A stretch of 64,000 bases of DNA. Origin: Desulfobacterales bacterium. GTDB lineage: Bacteria > Desulfobacterota > Desulfobacteria > Desulfobacterales > UBA2174. Below, in pieces: positions 1 to 10,216 of the stretch. The position numbers and the translations under genes are program-made. Each line of letters begins with the position of its first letter. Within the stretch, counting starts at the first letter, position 1. Where the stretch lies: contig CAXXWC010000018.1 in the NCBI GenBank assembly GCA_963668645.2, positions 416,001-480,000 on the forward strand, read 5' to 3'. Below the pieces are notes generated by a model. It saw nothing but the letters and a program-made list of their open reading frames with translations, was not told the origin of the DNA and searched no databases.

Positions 1-2
1 TG

Positions 3-254
3 TTTCACGACGCCACAACGCCGCTGCGCCATGCAATGACCGATATCGAGATCAATCGTTACCTTGCCGGCCTGATCAACGATGGTACCAAGGCAGGGGT
101 CTGGTACGCTGACGACGCGGCCTGGGCCGCGGTGATCATGTATTATGCCCTTCATGGCGGCTGTGACGAAGCCCGTTTGGGCAGACAAAAAACGGAAAAC
201 GTGTCGGAGAAACTCTCAGCCCTTTTTCTAAGGATGCTTGGGGGTTATGAATGA
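3..254 (+). CDS. C-terminal part of a probable TetR-family regulator (5' end outside window)
   Basis: Frame is open from the window edge (FHDATTPLRHAMTDIEINRYLAGLINDG...) and resembles a helical TetR C-terminal domain. Confidence 0.5.
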   Translation, partial: FHDATTPLRHAMTDIEINRYLAGLINDGTKAGVWYADDAAWAAVIMYYALHGGCDEARLGRQKTENVSEKLSALFLRMLGGYE

Positions 255-298
255 AGAGGGCATGCGGGTGATCGGTATCTTGTTTCCTGATTGAGCAG

Positions 299-700
299 AT
301 GGGGGACACCGGGTTGGCCTGTACGCTATTGGGGCTGGATGCAGAGTCACTGTGGAAGGACCGTGCGGTCTACGGAAGGCTCCTGGAAACGTTTATCTAT
401 CAGGAGTTGAGGCGACAGGCCGGTTGGGAGGAGGAAACGGTCGTCTTCAGCCATTTTCGCGACAAGGACAATGTCGAAGTGGATGTCGTTCTCGAATCCG
501 GCGGCAAAGCGGCCGGGGTGGAGGTAAAGGCCGCAGCGACCGTGACCACCGATGATTTCAAAGGACTGCGAAAGCTTCAGGATGCCGTTCAAACACGGTT
601 TGCCGCCGGCGTGGTGCTCTATGACGGTGACACCGTAGCCCGTTTCGGCAGTCATTTATACGCCGTACCCATCTCCCATCTCTGGGAAATGGCGCCTTGA
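299..700 (+). pseudogene. DUF4143 domain fragment (C-terminus of an AAA+ ATPase/DUF4143 protein)
   Basis: GDTGL...LETFIYQEL...FRDKDNVEVDVVLE...GVEVKA motifs; the N-terminal ATPase domain is absent. Confidence 0.7.
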
Positions 701-786
701 GAGGGGATGCGGGGACCGAAACCGGGCGTTGCCATCGATTCTTCAACTGTCCCGGTTCCGGTCCCGACGGTTGCCGCTTGTCCGGA

Positions 787-2124
<1,338 letters not shown>

Positions 2125-2187
2125 TTATAGGTCACTGGTATGCATTAGTTAAATTAATTGATTTAAACTATTGATACGGTCTGGCTT

Positions 2188-3123
2188 ATGCTTCCGGATT
2201 TCAACCGCCTCAAGGTCTTCTACCATGTCTACCGCCTGCTCAGCGTTGCGGGTGCGGCAGAAGAGCTGCATCTGAGCCCGTCTGGGGTCAGCCAGCACAT
2301 TCAGAAACTGGAGGCCGAGCTGAAAGTCCCCCTCTTTACCCGCCTGCCGCGCCGGTTGGTGGCGACATCTTCCGGCGACCGACTCTTTGCCCGGCTCCAG
2401 CCGTTTGTGATCGGGCTTGAACAGAGCCTTCTGGAAATTCAGGCCACCCGCAGCCAGCCGTGCGGATTGCTGCGCCTGGGAGCGCCCGTAGCCTTCGGTG
2501 AAACCGTGTTGCCCCGGTATATGGCGGCCTATCGCGGACTTTACCCCGAAGTGCGTTTTCATCTGCAACTGGGCCATCCCAGCCTTTTGCTGCCGGCCGT
2601 TGCCCAGGGGAAGCTCGATTTCGCCTTTGCCGATATCTTTTCTTGCCGCGATCTGGATGCGGTGGCCAACCGTGGATTGAGCTCCCGCTCCGTGGTTGAA
2701 GAGACGTTGATCCTGGTCTGCTCCAGTGCCTATTTTCGCAGTCACATCGAGGGCAAAAAGATGCCGCAGTCGCTTCACCAGGCAACCTTTGTCGCCTACG
2801 ACCCCTTTGCACCGGCCCTGCGCGCCTGGATGAAACACCATTTCGGCATCTCTCAGATCAAGCCCGATATCGTGTTATCCGTGGAAAGCGTACGGGCCGT
2901 TATCACCGCCATCGAACATCATCTGGGTCTGGGGGTGGTGCCGGCCCACCTGGTGCAGACCGCTTTGGAGCATGGAGAGGTCACCCGCATCGCGTCACGC
3001 CGCAGCCCGATGGCCAACCACATCGCCGTGGCCCAACTGGCCAACAAGATTCCCACGGTGACGGAAAAAAGCTTTATCGGGCATGTGGAGGAGATGTGGC
3101 GAGCGGAGTCGGCAAAGGGCTGA
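2188..3123 (+). CDS. LysR-family transcriptional regulator, divergent from ahcY
   Basis: N-terminal HTH (AAEELHLSPSGVSQHIQKLEAELKVPLFTR) plus substrate-binding domain. Confidence 0.95.
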   Translation: MLPDFNRLKVFYHVYRLLSVAGAAEELHLSPSGVSQHIQKLEAELKVPLFTRLPRRLVATSSGDRLFARLQPFVIGLEQSLLEIQATRSQPCGLLRLGAPVAFGETVLPRYMAAYRGLYPEVRFHLQLGHPSLLLPAVAQGKLDFAFADIFSCRDLDAVANRGLSSRSVVEETLILVCSSAYFRSHIEGKKMPQSLHQATFVAYDPFAPALRAWMKHHFGISQIKPDIVLSVESVRAVITAIEHHLGLGVVPAHLVQTALEHGEVTRIASRRSPMANHIAVAQLANKIPTVTEKSFIGHVEEMWRAESAKG

Positions 3124-3299
3124 AGGGGGCTTCCTGCCGATCCTGTCAGGACCGGTGCGATTATTCTCCAAGAACCCGATAGTGGTTCGCCAGGCCATCG
3201 TCGCCCGGGACATCGGCGAAGCCGGCCTGCAGCAGTTGCTCCCGCACGGTTGCGTCAAGGCGGCGGACCTCCATGTGCGGATCGAATTTGCGTTGCTCG

Positions 3300-5214
3300 C
3301 ACGGTGAATTTGTTCTATGCCCGTGTTGCGGTCGGCCGGCAGTTGTCAGTCATGGCCAGATAGTCGAAGACCAAGCGGACGTTGCGAGCCAGTTGGCGCA
3401 TTTTTTGCGCCACGCTGCGCACACCTTTGGATTTAATTGCGCTTACGGCAAAACGGCGCAACCGGGTGATATTTTCAGGCCCGTGGCCTTTGCGGATACG
3501 GCTGCGGTCTTCGTCGAAGTTCCAGTCGATGATGTAATGGCATTTGTTTTCGATGCACCAATGGCCGCGGTTTATGGCCATCGGGCGTCGGCCTGCTCGG
3601 CAGGTCTACTGGTGATACCGTAAGCAATCTCAAATGATTGTTTGCCGCTTTTTTTGTCCGTGCATCGGCGTTCGATGACAAAAGCTTGTTGGACGTGAGG
3701 AAAGTCGAGAAACTCGTTGAGTTCGGTGGTGGTCCAGATCTTGCGCTCTTCGATGCGGCCGTGGTCGGGCGGGTCGCAAAGGATGAAATCGGGTTGGCCG
3801 CGGTCTTTGAAGTACAGACCGATGTCGTCGAACAGTCCGGGCTGGTTGTTTTTGACGGTGAAGTGGTAGTGGGCGCCGCGCTGCTCGACGATGTATTCGG
3901 CGAACTTTCTCTGTGTCAGCAGGGCATCGGCGGTGATGTCTTTGTTTTCGATCTTGATGGCATCGAGCAGGGGCTGGGCGGTCTTGATTTCGTTGGTGCG
4001 CTTGACCTTTTGGTCGTCTACGGCCAGGTTGCCGACTTTTTTTGGGTGTAGCAGGCACTGGTGGTATGGCCGACAACGCTCATGATGTGGGTCTGATAGC
4101 CTTGATCGTCAATGGCGTTGCACATGGTTTTGCCATCGATGGCCAGGCATTGGTCGCAGCCGGCGTGGATGCTGTTCCATTTTTGCAGGGCGTCGTCGAG
4201 GCGTGCCGGATCGACTCGGATGAGCACATCGCGGATGATCGACAGACTCGGCACGCTGTAGTGGCCGTTTCGGTAGCGGCATTGGAAGCGCCGGCGTGCT
4301 TTTTGTCCGAGGCTGTTGGCCCAATCGGAGATGGCCTGGTAGCCGCGCATGCCACACAGGGTTGCTGCGGCGGCGATGGCCAAAACGGTTGCCAGACGAT
4401 GGCGTCGGCCTTGGGGGCGTCGCGGATCGGGGATGTCGGCGAAAAATCGGGGCAAAGATTGCATGTGTTGAGCCGGCAGCATGATTTTAGGATCTCCTGT
4501 TTGATAAAGCGGTGGCAGCATGGTCTGTGACAAGAGGGTTTGCGCATCGGGGCGCAACGGTTTGACAAAAACCATTTTGGGTGAGTCGGCCGTGTCGCTG
4601 TATCCTTTGGCGTGCCGATGAAAGCCTTTGGAGTTTCCGACCGCAGTCCAGTTGTCGGCTTTATAGATGGTTCCCTTGAAGCGCGCGGGATCGACGAAGG
4701 TTTCGAGCAACAGCACGGGATGTCCGAAAGCGGCTTGCCAGTCGGCGGGCAGTCTTTTTCGGCACAAGGCCAGGATGCGCGAGGCCATGTTTGGCAGATG
4801 CCAGTCGGGCAGGATCAGAAAACGGCTGTTGTTGGTCAACAAATTGAGCCGATCGAACTGATGGTTAAAGGGCCAACCGATCCACTGATCGCGAGCAGCA
4901 CATTTGAGGGCGGGAGCGGAAAAGCTGACCAAGCCGACCCATTGATCACCGATACAGGCCGCATATCGCAGGGTTTCACCGATTTTGGGCAAGGCGCCCA
5001 AGTAATGATGCCGGTGCATCAAGCTCTGGAAGCGCTGATCTTGATTCTGGCGAACTAACCGAACAACGACTTGTTTGAGATACAACACATCGCCCCCCAT
5101 TAACGAAAGATGACCTGCCGGGCAGCTATATAACTGAATATCAAGGGGTTGTCCAGATGTTTTGATAACCACTTGGAGTTTAATGGCTTATCGAATCAGC
5201 ACGAAATCATCATG
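3300..5214 (-). mobile_element. ISAs1-family insertion sequence with DUF4338-fused transposase
   Basis: 10-bp direct repeat GCGTTGCTCG at 3290-3299 and 5215-5224; imperfect terminal IRs CACGGTGAATTTGTTCT / CATGATGATTTCGTGCT (12/17). Confidence 0.88.
3315..5172 (-). pseudogene. DUF4338 + ISAs1 DDE transposase in three frames (A7G -1 shift at 4036-4043; second frame break near 3580)
   Basis: HHYLG...NNSRFLILP (DUF4338); PDPRRPQGRRH, AIDGKT; -1 frame gives NEIK...ITADALLTQ...HGRIEER; third frame gives RGHWCIEN...FDED. Confidence 0.85.
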
Positions 5215-5232
5215 GCGTTGCTCGTCCCCCCC

Positions 5233-5261
5233 TTGCAAATTATCATACCGTGCAGTATGTT
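5233..5261 (+). promoter_or_regulatory. Sigma70-like promoter of tetR overlapped by a palindromic operator
   Basis: TTGCAA-N17-TATGTT; near-perfect palindrome CATACCG-TG-CAGTATG at 5244-5259. Confidence 0.55.
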
Positions 5262-5359
5262 TCTAACAATCCCATCGTTGGAGTAAGGATCCGTGTCAGA
5301 GACGACGACCTCCCGCCGGATTCGATTTTATCGCCGGCATCGCTGCTACCGGACCGAGA

Positions 5360-5971
5360 ATGACGCGGATAGAGCAGAAAAAGAAACATAAGCAGGACAG
5401 CATCCTGAACTGCGCCCAGCGGTTGTTCCAATCCCGCGGCTTCATCGGCACCAGCATGGATTCCATCGCCGAGGCGGCCGGGGTCACCAAACAGACGGTG
5501 TACCGGTATTTCGATTCCAAGGAGACGCTTTTCAAGGCGGCCCTGGAAGCTCAGCGGCTGCAAGCCAGCGACGACTTTCTGGAGGCCCTGGACCTGGAGG
5601 ATACGACCCGGGCGCTGGAAGCATTCGCTACCGGCTTCATCGAGAGGCATCTGTCCAAGGCGCATCTGGCCAATATGCGGTTATTGGTGTCCGAAGGCCC
5701 CATGGTGCCGGAGATCACGCGCGCCTTTTACGCCACGGGCCCCAGCCGCACGAAAAACCGCCTTGCCCGGTTTATCAGGGACCGGCTCAACATCGATGAA
5801 GCCGAATACGAAATCGCTGCCTTTCTGGCCATCCTGCTTTCCCTGCGCATGCCCGTGCTCACCGGCCTGCAAAAGCCTCCGTCTCGAGCCAAGATCCGCC
5901 GGCATGCCGCGAAAGCCGTCAACGTCTTCACGAAACTGTTTGACTCAGAAACAGGACGAGGTGAGCCATGA
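5360..5971 (+). CDS. TetR/AcrR-family transcriptional regulator
   Basis: LFQSRGFIGTSMDSIAEAAGVTKQTVYRYFDSKETLF HTH. Confidence 0.95.
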   Translation: MTRIEQKKKHKQDSILNCAQRLFQSRGFIGTSMDSIAEAAGVTKQTVYRYFDSKETLFKAALEAQRLQASDDFLEALDLEDTTRALEAFATGFIERHLSKAHLANMRLLVSEGPMVPEITRAFYATGPSRTKNRLARFIRDRLNIDEAEYEIAAFLAILLSLRMPVLTGLQKPPSRAKIRRHAAKAVNVFTKLFDSETGRGEP

Positions 5972-6348
5972 TGCCCGAAAACCGACCCGTGCGATGCGAC
6001 CGATGCGGCGCGGTCATCCCCGAAAACGATGAACGCGAATTCAACGGACAGACGATCTGCGAAGATTGCTACATGACCGTACTCTCACCGCCCAAGGCGT
6101 GCGATCCATGGGCGGTGTACTGCGCCAAATCCTTTTCGGAAAAAACCGGCGTCCGGCCGGATCTGACCGAGGTGCAGACCAGGATCCTGAAAATCCTGGA
6201 AGAAACCGGCGGCGTCGACCGGCAGGAACTCGCCGAGCGGCTCGCGCTTTCCGCGGAAGACTTCGAACGCGATCTCGCCGCCTTGCGCCATATGGAAAAG
6301 CTGCGGGCTGAAATGCGGGAGGGCCGCGAAATCATCTGCCTCTGGTAA
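5968..6348 (+). CDS. Hypothetical protein, Cys4 zinc finger plus winged-helix
   Basis: CDRC...CEDC, CDPWAVY, C-terminal wHTH-like segment; ATGA overlap with tetR. Confidence 0.75.
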   Translation: MMPENRPVRCDRCGAVIPENDEREFNGQTICEDCYMTVLSPPKACDPWAVYCAKSFSEKTGVRPDLTEVQTRILKILEETGGVDRQELAERLALSAEDFERDLAALRHMEKLRAEMREGREIICLW

Positions 6349-6359
6349 AAGGACACCGT

Positions 6360-7226
6360 ATGAATTTATTCCCACTGAACAACCAAAAAGCCTGGCAAGA
6401 CCTGTGGCGCCACGCCTTGAAGAACGATCCGGAAATAAAGAAAGGCATGGATCATGTCGGAAATTGGGACCGGCGGGCCCGCAAGTTCGACCAGCGAACC
6501 GCAACGCCAGGGGCGGCTTCACGGAAGGAACGTGTCTTTTCCATGCTAAAGGAAGCCGGCGCGCTTCAATCCGGAAGCACGGTTCTTGACATCGGGGCCG
6601 GACCGGGCAACTGGGCCATTCCCATGGCCGAAATGGGGATGGAAGTGGTGGCGCTCGAGCCCTCCGGCGGGATGGTCGAAATACTCAGGGAGAAGATGTC
6701 CGCCCGGGGTATCGGCCCGGATCGGATCCGCATCGATCAGCGCGCATGGCAGGATGTGGATGTGAAGAAAGAGGCACTGGCCGGCCAGTTCGATCTGGTC
6801 TTTGCCTCCATGAGCCCCGGGGTGCGCGACCCGGAGACATTGGACAAGGCCATGCAGGCTTCCCGGAAGTTCTGCTATCTGAGCACTTTTTCCGGCGGCG
6901 GCTGGCGCGGTTGCTACAGCGATCTGTGGCAGCGCCTTACCGGCCAGGAACTTGAATCTAATTCATGGGATTTCATCTATCCCTTCACCCATGTTTACGC
7001 CCTGGGGTATCGCCCGCGGATCGATTTCTCCGTCTGGTCCCATGACCGTGAAGAGACCATCGACGAAGCGGTGGAAAATATTATCTTCTTTGTCCAGGGC
7101 GCGACAGAGGTCACTCCGGAAATCCGCGAGAAGTTGGAAGCCCACGTGACGCGCCAGGCCGTCGGCGGGATTTTTCATCAGCAACAGACCGTTTGCCAGG
7201 GCGTGATGCTGTGGCAGGTCGCGTGA
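6360..7226 (+). CDS. Class I SAM-dependent methyltransferase
   Basis: VLDIGAGPG motif I, ALEPS, FDLVFAS. Confidence 0.92.
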   Translation: MNLFPLNNQKAWQDLWRHALKNDPEIKKGMDHVGNWDRRARKFDQRTATPGAASRKERVFSMLKEAGALQSGSTVLDIGAGPGNWAIPMAEMGMEVVALEPSGGMVEILREKMSARGIGPDRIRIDQRAWQDVDVKKEALAGQFDLVFASMSPGVRDPETLDKAMQASRKFCYLSTFSGGGWRGCYSDLWQRLTGQELESNSWDFIYPFTHVYALGYRPRIDFSVWSHDREETIDEAVENIIFFVQGATEVTPEIREKLEAHVTRQAVGGIFHQQQTVCQGVMLWQVA

Positions 7227-7446
7227 CGGACGGTTCGTGGACACGACCCGTTCTCCGGGCGTACGATTTTTCCAGTTTGCCTGGCATGGCCGGCGCCTAC
7301 GCATAACCATCACCGCCAAGCCATTGGCGATCGAAAAAACGGCCATGCCCGCGGGAAACGAAGAATCTGATCCAGATACGACGGACCTGGTGATGCCGTT
7401 GCTACAGGTAATGCACCTTATCTGCGTCGAGCAGCGCCCCGGCGGC

Positions 7447-7698
7447 CTAGGGCACCTGGAGCGGAACGATGAAATCTTCAATATTGGACTTGTCGTCGAT
7501 TGAAGACGCGAATCCGTCAATCACATGGAACGTTCCGCAGGAAGCGATGGTAACGCCCAACTGGCCGTTCAGAAAACGTGCAAGCGGCTCCAGGTTATCC
7601 GGCAGATCACCGGCGGAAAGCCCGTCTATCTGCCCGGCCAAAAGCTCTTTTACCGAATCCTGGATGGCGAATTTTGCCAGTTCTCCCTTTTTTGTCAT
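7447..7698 (-). CDS. Small hypothetical protein or gene remnant
   Basis: Plausible composition (MTKKGELAKFAIQDSVKELL...) but no recognisable motif. Confidence 0.3.
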   Translation of the reverse strand: MTKKGELAKFAIQDSVKELLAGQIDGLSAGDLPDNLEPLARFLNGQLGVTIASCGTFHVIDGFASSIDDKSNIEDFIVPLQVP

Positions 7699-7770
7699 CC
7701 GCACGCCTTCCGGCCCGTAAAAAATCGATATCAAGACCAACGGACGAACGGAACCTGCCCCAAACCGGTA

Positions 7771-8667
7771 TCAGGGTTTGACGTGAAAGCTCAGGCTGGC
7801 CGCGTCGTAGACGGCGGTGCATTTTCCCACCAGCTCATCCATGCCGGCCTCCGGCTTGACCTGCTGTTGGATATAGACGTTGGCCACCCATGGCCCGGCC
7901 GTGGGTAGGCGCAACTGCGCCTTGCCACCCATGAGGTAGGCCGAGAGGAAAAAACCGTCCGGGCCGCCGAAGGTATTGCTCGTGGCGGTGAGATAGTACA
8001 TCCCCTGGGCGCCCGAAGAGACCGGCTTGCCGTTGAAGGTCACCTCGAAGGAGACGAGATCGCCGGCGTGGACATCGCTCAGGTCGCCGGCCGGCATGAT
8101 CTCCAGGGCGTGGCCCAACGGCTTGGGGGCGGTCCATTTTTTCACGGCGGTATAGGCCTTGGCAAAGCTCTGGTACTTGAACGAGGCGAGGATCTGCTTG
8201 GCCCCCTCGATGGCGTCCATCGGCTTGGGCGCCATCTTCCGCTTGCCCTTGCCGTCGAGGTACATGGTGAAGAAGGTCGGTTCGCTCTGGCAGGCCACCT
8301 GGTAGGTGCCGGCAACGGTCTTGTCGGTCAAGGTAAGTTTGCGAACGGCCAGATCCCCTTTTTCCACGGTCAGACCGCCGGCCGCGGGTACCACCTCAAA
8401 CTGTTTTGGGGAGGGTTTTTCGAGGGCGGTGCGCTTCAGATCTGGGGCGTACAGGTCGAAGGCCTCCAGGGAGATGACCCCATGGCCGGAGACCAGCAGA
8501 TCGTCCAGGGGAACGCTGTGCCCCCATCCCAGGGTGATCAGGGCATGGCCCGGCGGGTGGGCGTACGACTCGTTGAGGTTGATCCACAGGCCGTGTGCCG
8601 CCGCCGGAGCGGACAGCAGCAGCAAGGCCAGGGGGACGGCGACGATAAGCGTGAACAGTCTTTTCAT
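7771..8667 (-). CDS. DUF4198 (NikM-like) periplasmic metal-binding protein
   Basis: Signal peptide ending AAA-H, GWGH, FAKAY, LEIMP, VTFNGKP; AAGGAG RBS. Confidence 0.85.
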   Translation of the reverse strand: MKRLFTLIVAVPLALLLLSAPAAAHGLWINLNESYAHPPGHALITLGWGHSVPLDDLLVSGHGVISLEAFDLYAPDLKRTALEKPSPKQFEVVPAAGGLTVEKGDLAVRKLTLTDKTVAGTYQVACQSEPTFFTMYLDGKGKRKMAPKPMDAIEGAKQILASFKYQSFAKAYTAVKKWTAPKPLGHALEIMPAGDLSDVHAGDLVSFEVTFNGKPVSSGAQGMYYLTATSNTFGGPDGFFLSAYLMGGKAQLRLPTAGPWVANVYIQQQVKPEAGMDELVGKCTAVYDAASLSFHVKP

Positions 8668-8698
8668 GATCGGCTCCTTATGCGTATTCAATACGCCG

Positions 8699-9007
8699 TT
8701 ACGGTCCTTCCTCGTGCGCGGTATGCCCCGGGCCGCCATCCAGGATGATGGTGTAGGGCACCGAGGGCTTCTTGAAGGTAAATTCACCGTCGGCATCGGT
8801 GCGGCCTTTCAGCAGGATGTTGTTCTGGCCGTCGACGACCCGCACCTCGGTGGACCCGGCGACCGTCCCGGTGGAGTACATCCCCGAGATGGTCACCGTG
8901 CCGTCCTGGTTGTCTTCCACGGACATATAGAGCGTGTGGGCCTGGGCCGTGGCCGCCGTGGCCAGGAGCACCAGACAGATCGCTGCGGTGAACATCGCTT
9001 TTCGCAT
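8699..9007 (-). CDS. Small secreted partner protein of DUF4198
   Basis: Signal peptide AQA-H, DGTVTISGMYSTG, GRTDADGEFTFKKP, DGGPGH; paralog at 49521-49838. Confidence 0.8.
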   Translation of the reverse strand: MRKAMFTAAICLVLLATAATAQAHTLYMSVEDNQDGTVTISGMYSTGTVAGSTEVRVVDGQNNILLKGRTDADGEFTFKKPSVPYTIILDGGPGHTAHEEGP

Positions 9008-9143
9008 GAAGCTCGCGCCTCCTTGGGTTGGGATCGGCTTTTCATCAAAAAGAGCGCAAAGGTCATCCGAAAGTTCCCTTGCGCCTTGCACTGCCCTGCG
9101 CGCCGCGCCAAAGGCGCCGGCCGCGGGCCGTAAGACGAGTCGC

Positions 9144-9169
9144 ACGTAGATAGAAGGCTCTATCTACGT
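9144..9169. promoter_or_regulatory. Perfect 11-4-11 palindrome, DtxR/IdeR-like box
   Basis: ACGTAGATAGA-AGGC-TCTATCTACGT, downstream of a minus-strand TTGACT (9203-9208). Confidence 0.7.
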
Positions 9170-9337
9170 AAGATCCGCCTTATTAAACCCTCGATGACGG
9201 CCAGTCAACCCTAAACTAAAAAAGGATGCCGGGCTGCTCGGGACAAAGGCGATCCCGGCCCTGCAGCAAGTACTGTCCTTGTCGGCCAGGATGCCACACC
9301 CAGGTTGCACAGCCGCCTGACCGCCTCCGGCTCCCCG

Positions 9338-10174
9338 TCAGCCTTTTTCCCACCACAGTTTCATGCTCCGCCAGGTGTAAGGGAGGATCACCCGGCCGTC
9401 TCTCTTTTCCACGACGTCTTCGTAGTAGGCTTTGAGCTTGGCGATCTGGGCGTCGGAAAGCGGGGGCATCCTGGCGGCAAAATCTGCCACGAGATCGTCC
9501 AGGCTGTTGAAATGATGGTCCATCCGCCCTGGAAAGACCTCGACGTTGGGATAGATATCCATCTGGCACAGCAGGTTGAAGATGATGTCCGCCCGGGGCA
9601 TGCCGGTATAGGGCCGGTCGAACAGGGCCTCGAAGAGGTAGTCGTTCTCCCGGTCCCAGGAGGCCGGTCCGGCAAACCACAGCAAGAAGACATGGCCCCG
9701 GGACACCCGCTGCATCTTTTCAACGGCCGCGCAAAGGTCGGGCATCCCCAGCGAGTACGAGGCGACGACCACGTCGTAGGGCGGCGCGATGTCGGTCTTC
9801 TCGTCGACGTCCTCCCATCGTTTATGGACACAAGCCACGTTGCCCAACGCCTCGCTGGCGATATTCTCCCGCAACACCCGGGCCATGGCCCCGGCCGGTT
9901 CGACGGCGGTGACGTGGCCCACCTGGCTGGCCAGGGGGATCGTCAGTGTCCCGGGCCCGGCGCCCACATCCAGCACACGGATGTTTTTTCCGACCGGCAT
10001 GTGCCTGACCATCTGCCGGATCAACGGCCGGGAGTTCAAGGCCATCTGCCAATAGTTGCGCGCCGAATCGTCATTGTCCCAGGATCTGGCGCAATCCATT
10101 CCGCCCATCATCTCGGAGAATGCCGCCACCTGCTTTTTCCAGATCCCGTTCCAATCCATCTGATCGTTGGTCAT
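9338..10174 (-). CDS. Class I SAM-dependent methyltransferase
   Basis: VLDVGAGPGT, TAVEP, YDVVVAS; same type as 6360-7226. Confidence 0.92.
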   Translation of the reverse strand: MTNDQMDWNGIWKKQVAAFSEMMGGMDCARSWDNDDSARNYWQMALNSRPLIRQMVRHMPVGKNIRVLDVGAGPGTLTIPLASQVGHVTAVEPAGAMARVLRENIASEALGNVACVHKRWEDVDEKTDIAPPYDVVVASYSLGMPDLCAAVEKMQRVSRGHVFLLWFAGPASWDRENDYLFEALFDRPYTGMPRADIIFNLLCQMDIYPNVEVFPGRMDHHFNSLDDLVADFAARMPPLSDAQIAKLKAYYEDVVEKRDGRVILPYTWRSMKLWWEKG

Positions 10175-10216
10175 TCTGAATGCCTCCCTGGCAAGGATTT
10201 TTCTGAAATGCCGCCG

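Noticed and set aside
4500..5172. Druantia anti-phage system (DruA-like DUF4338)
   Set aside because: The domain is fused to an ISAs1 transposase inside IS ends, and no DruE helicase or other dru genes are present
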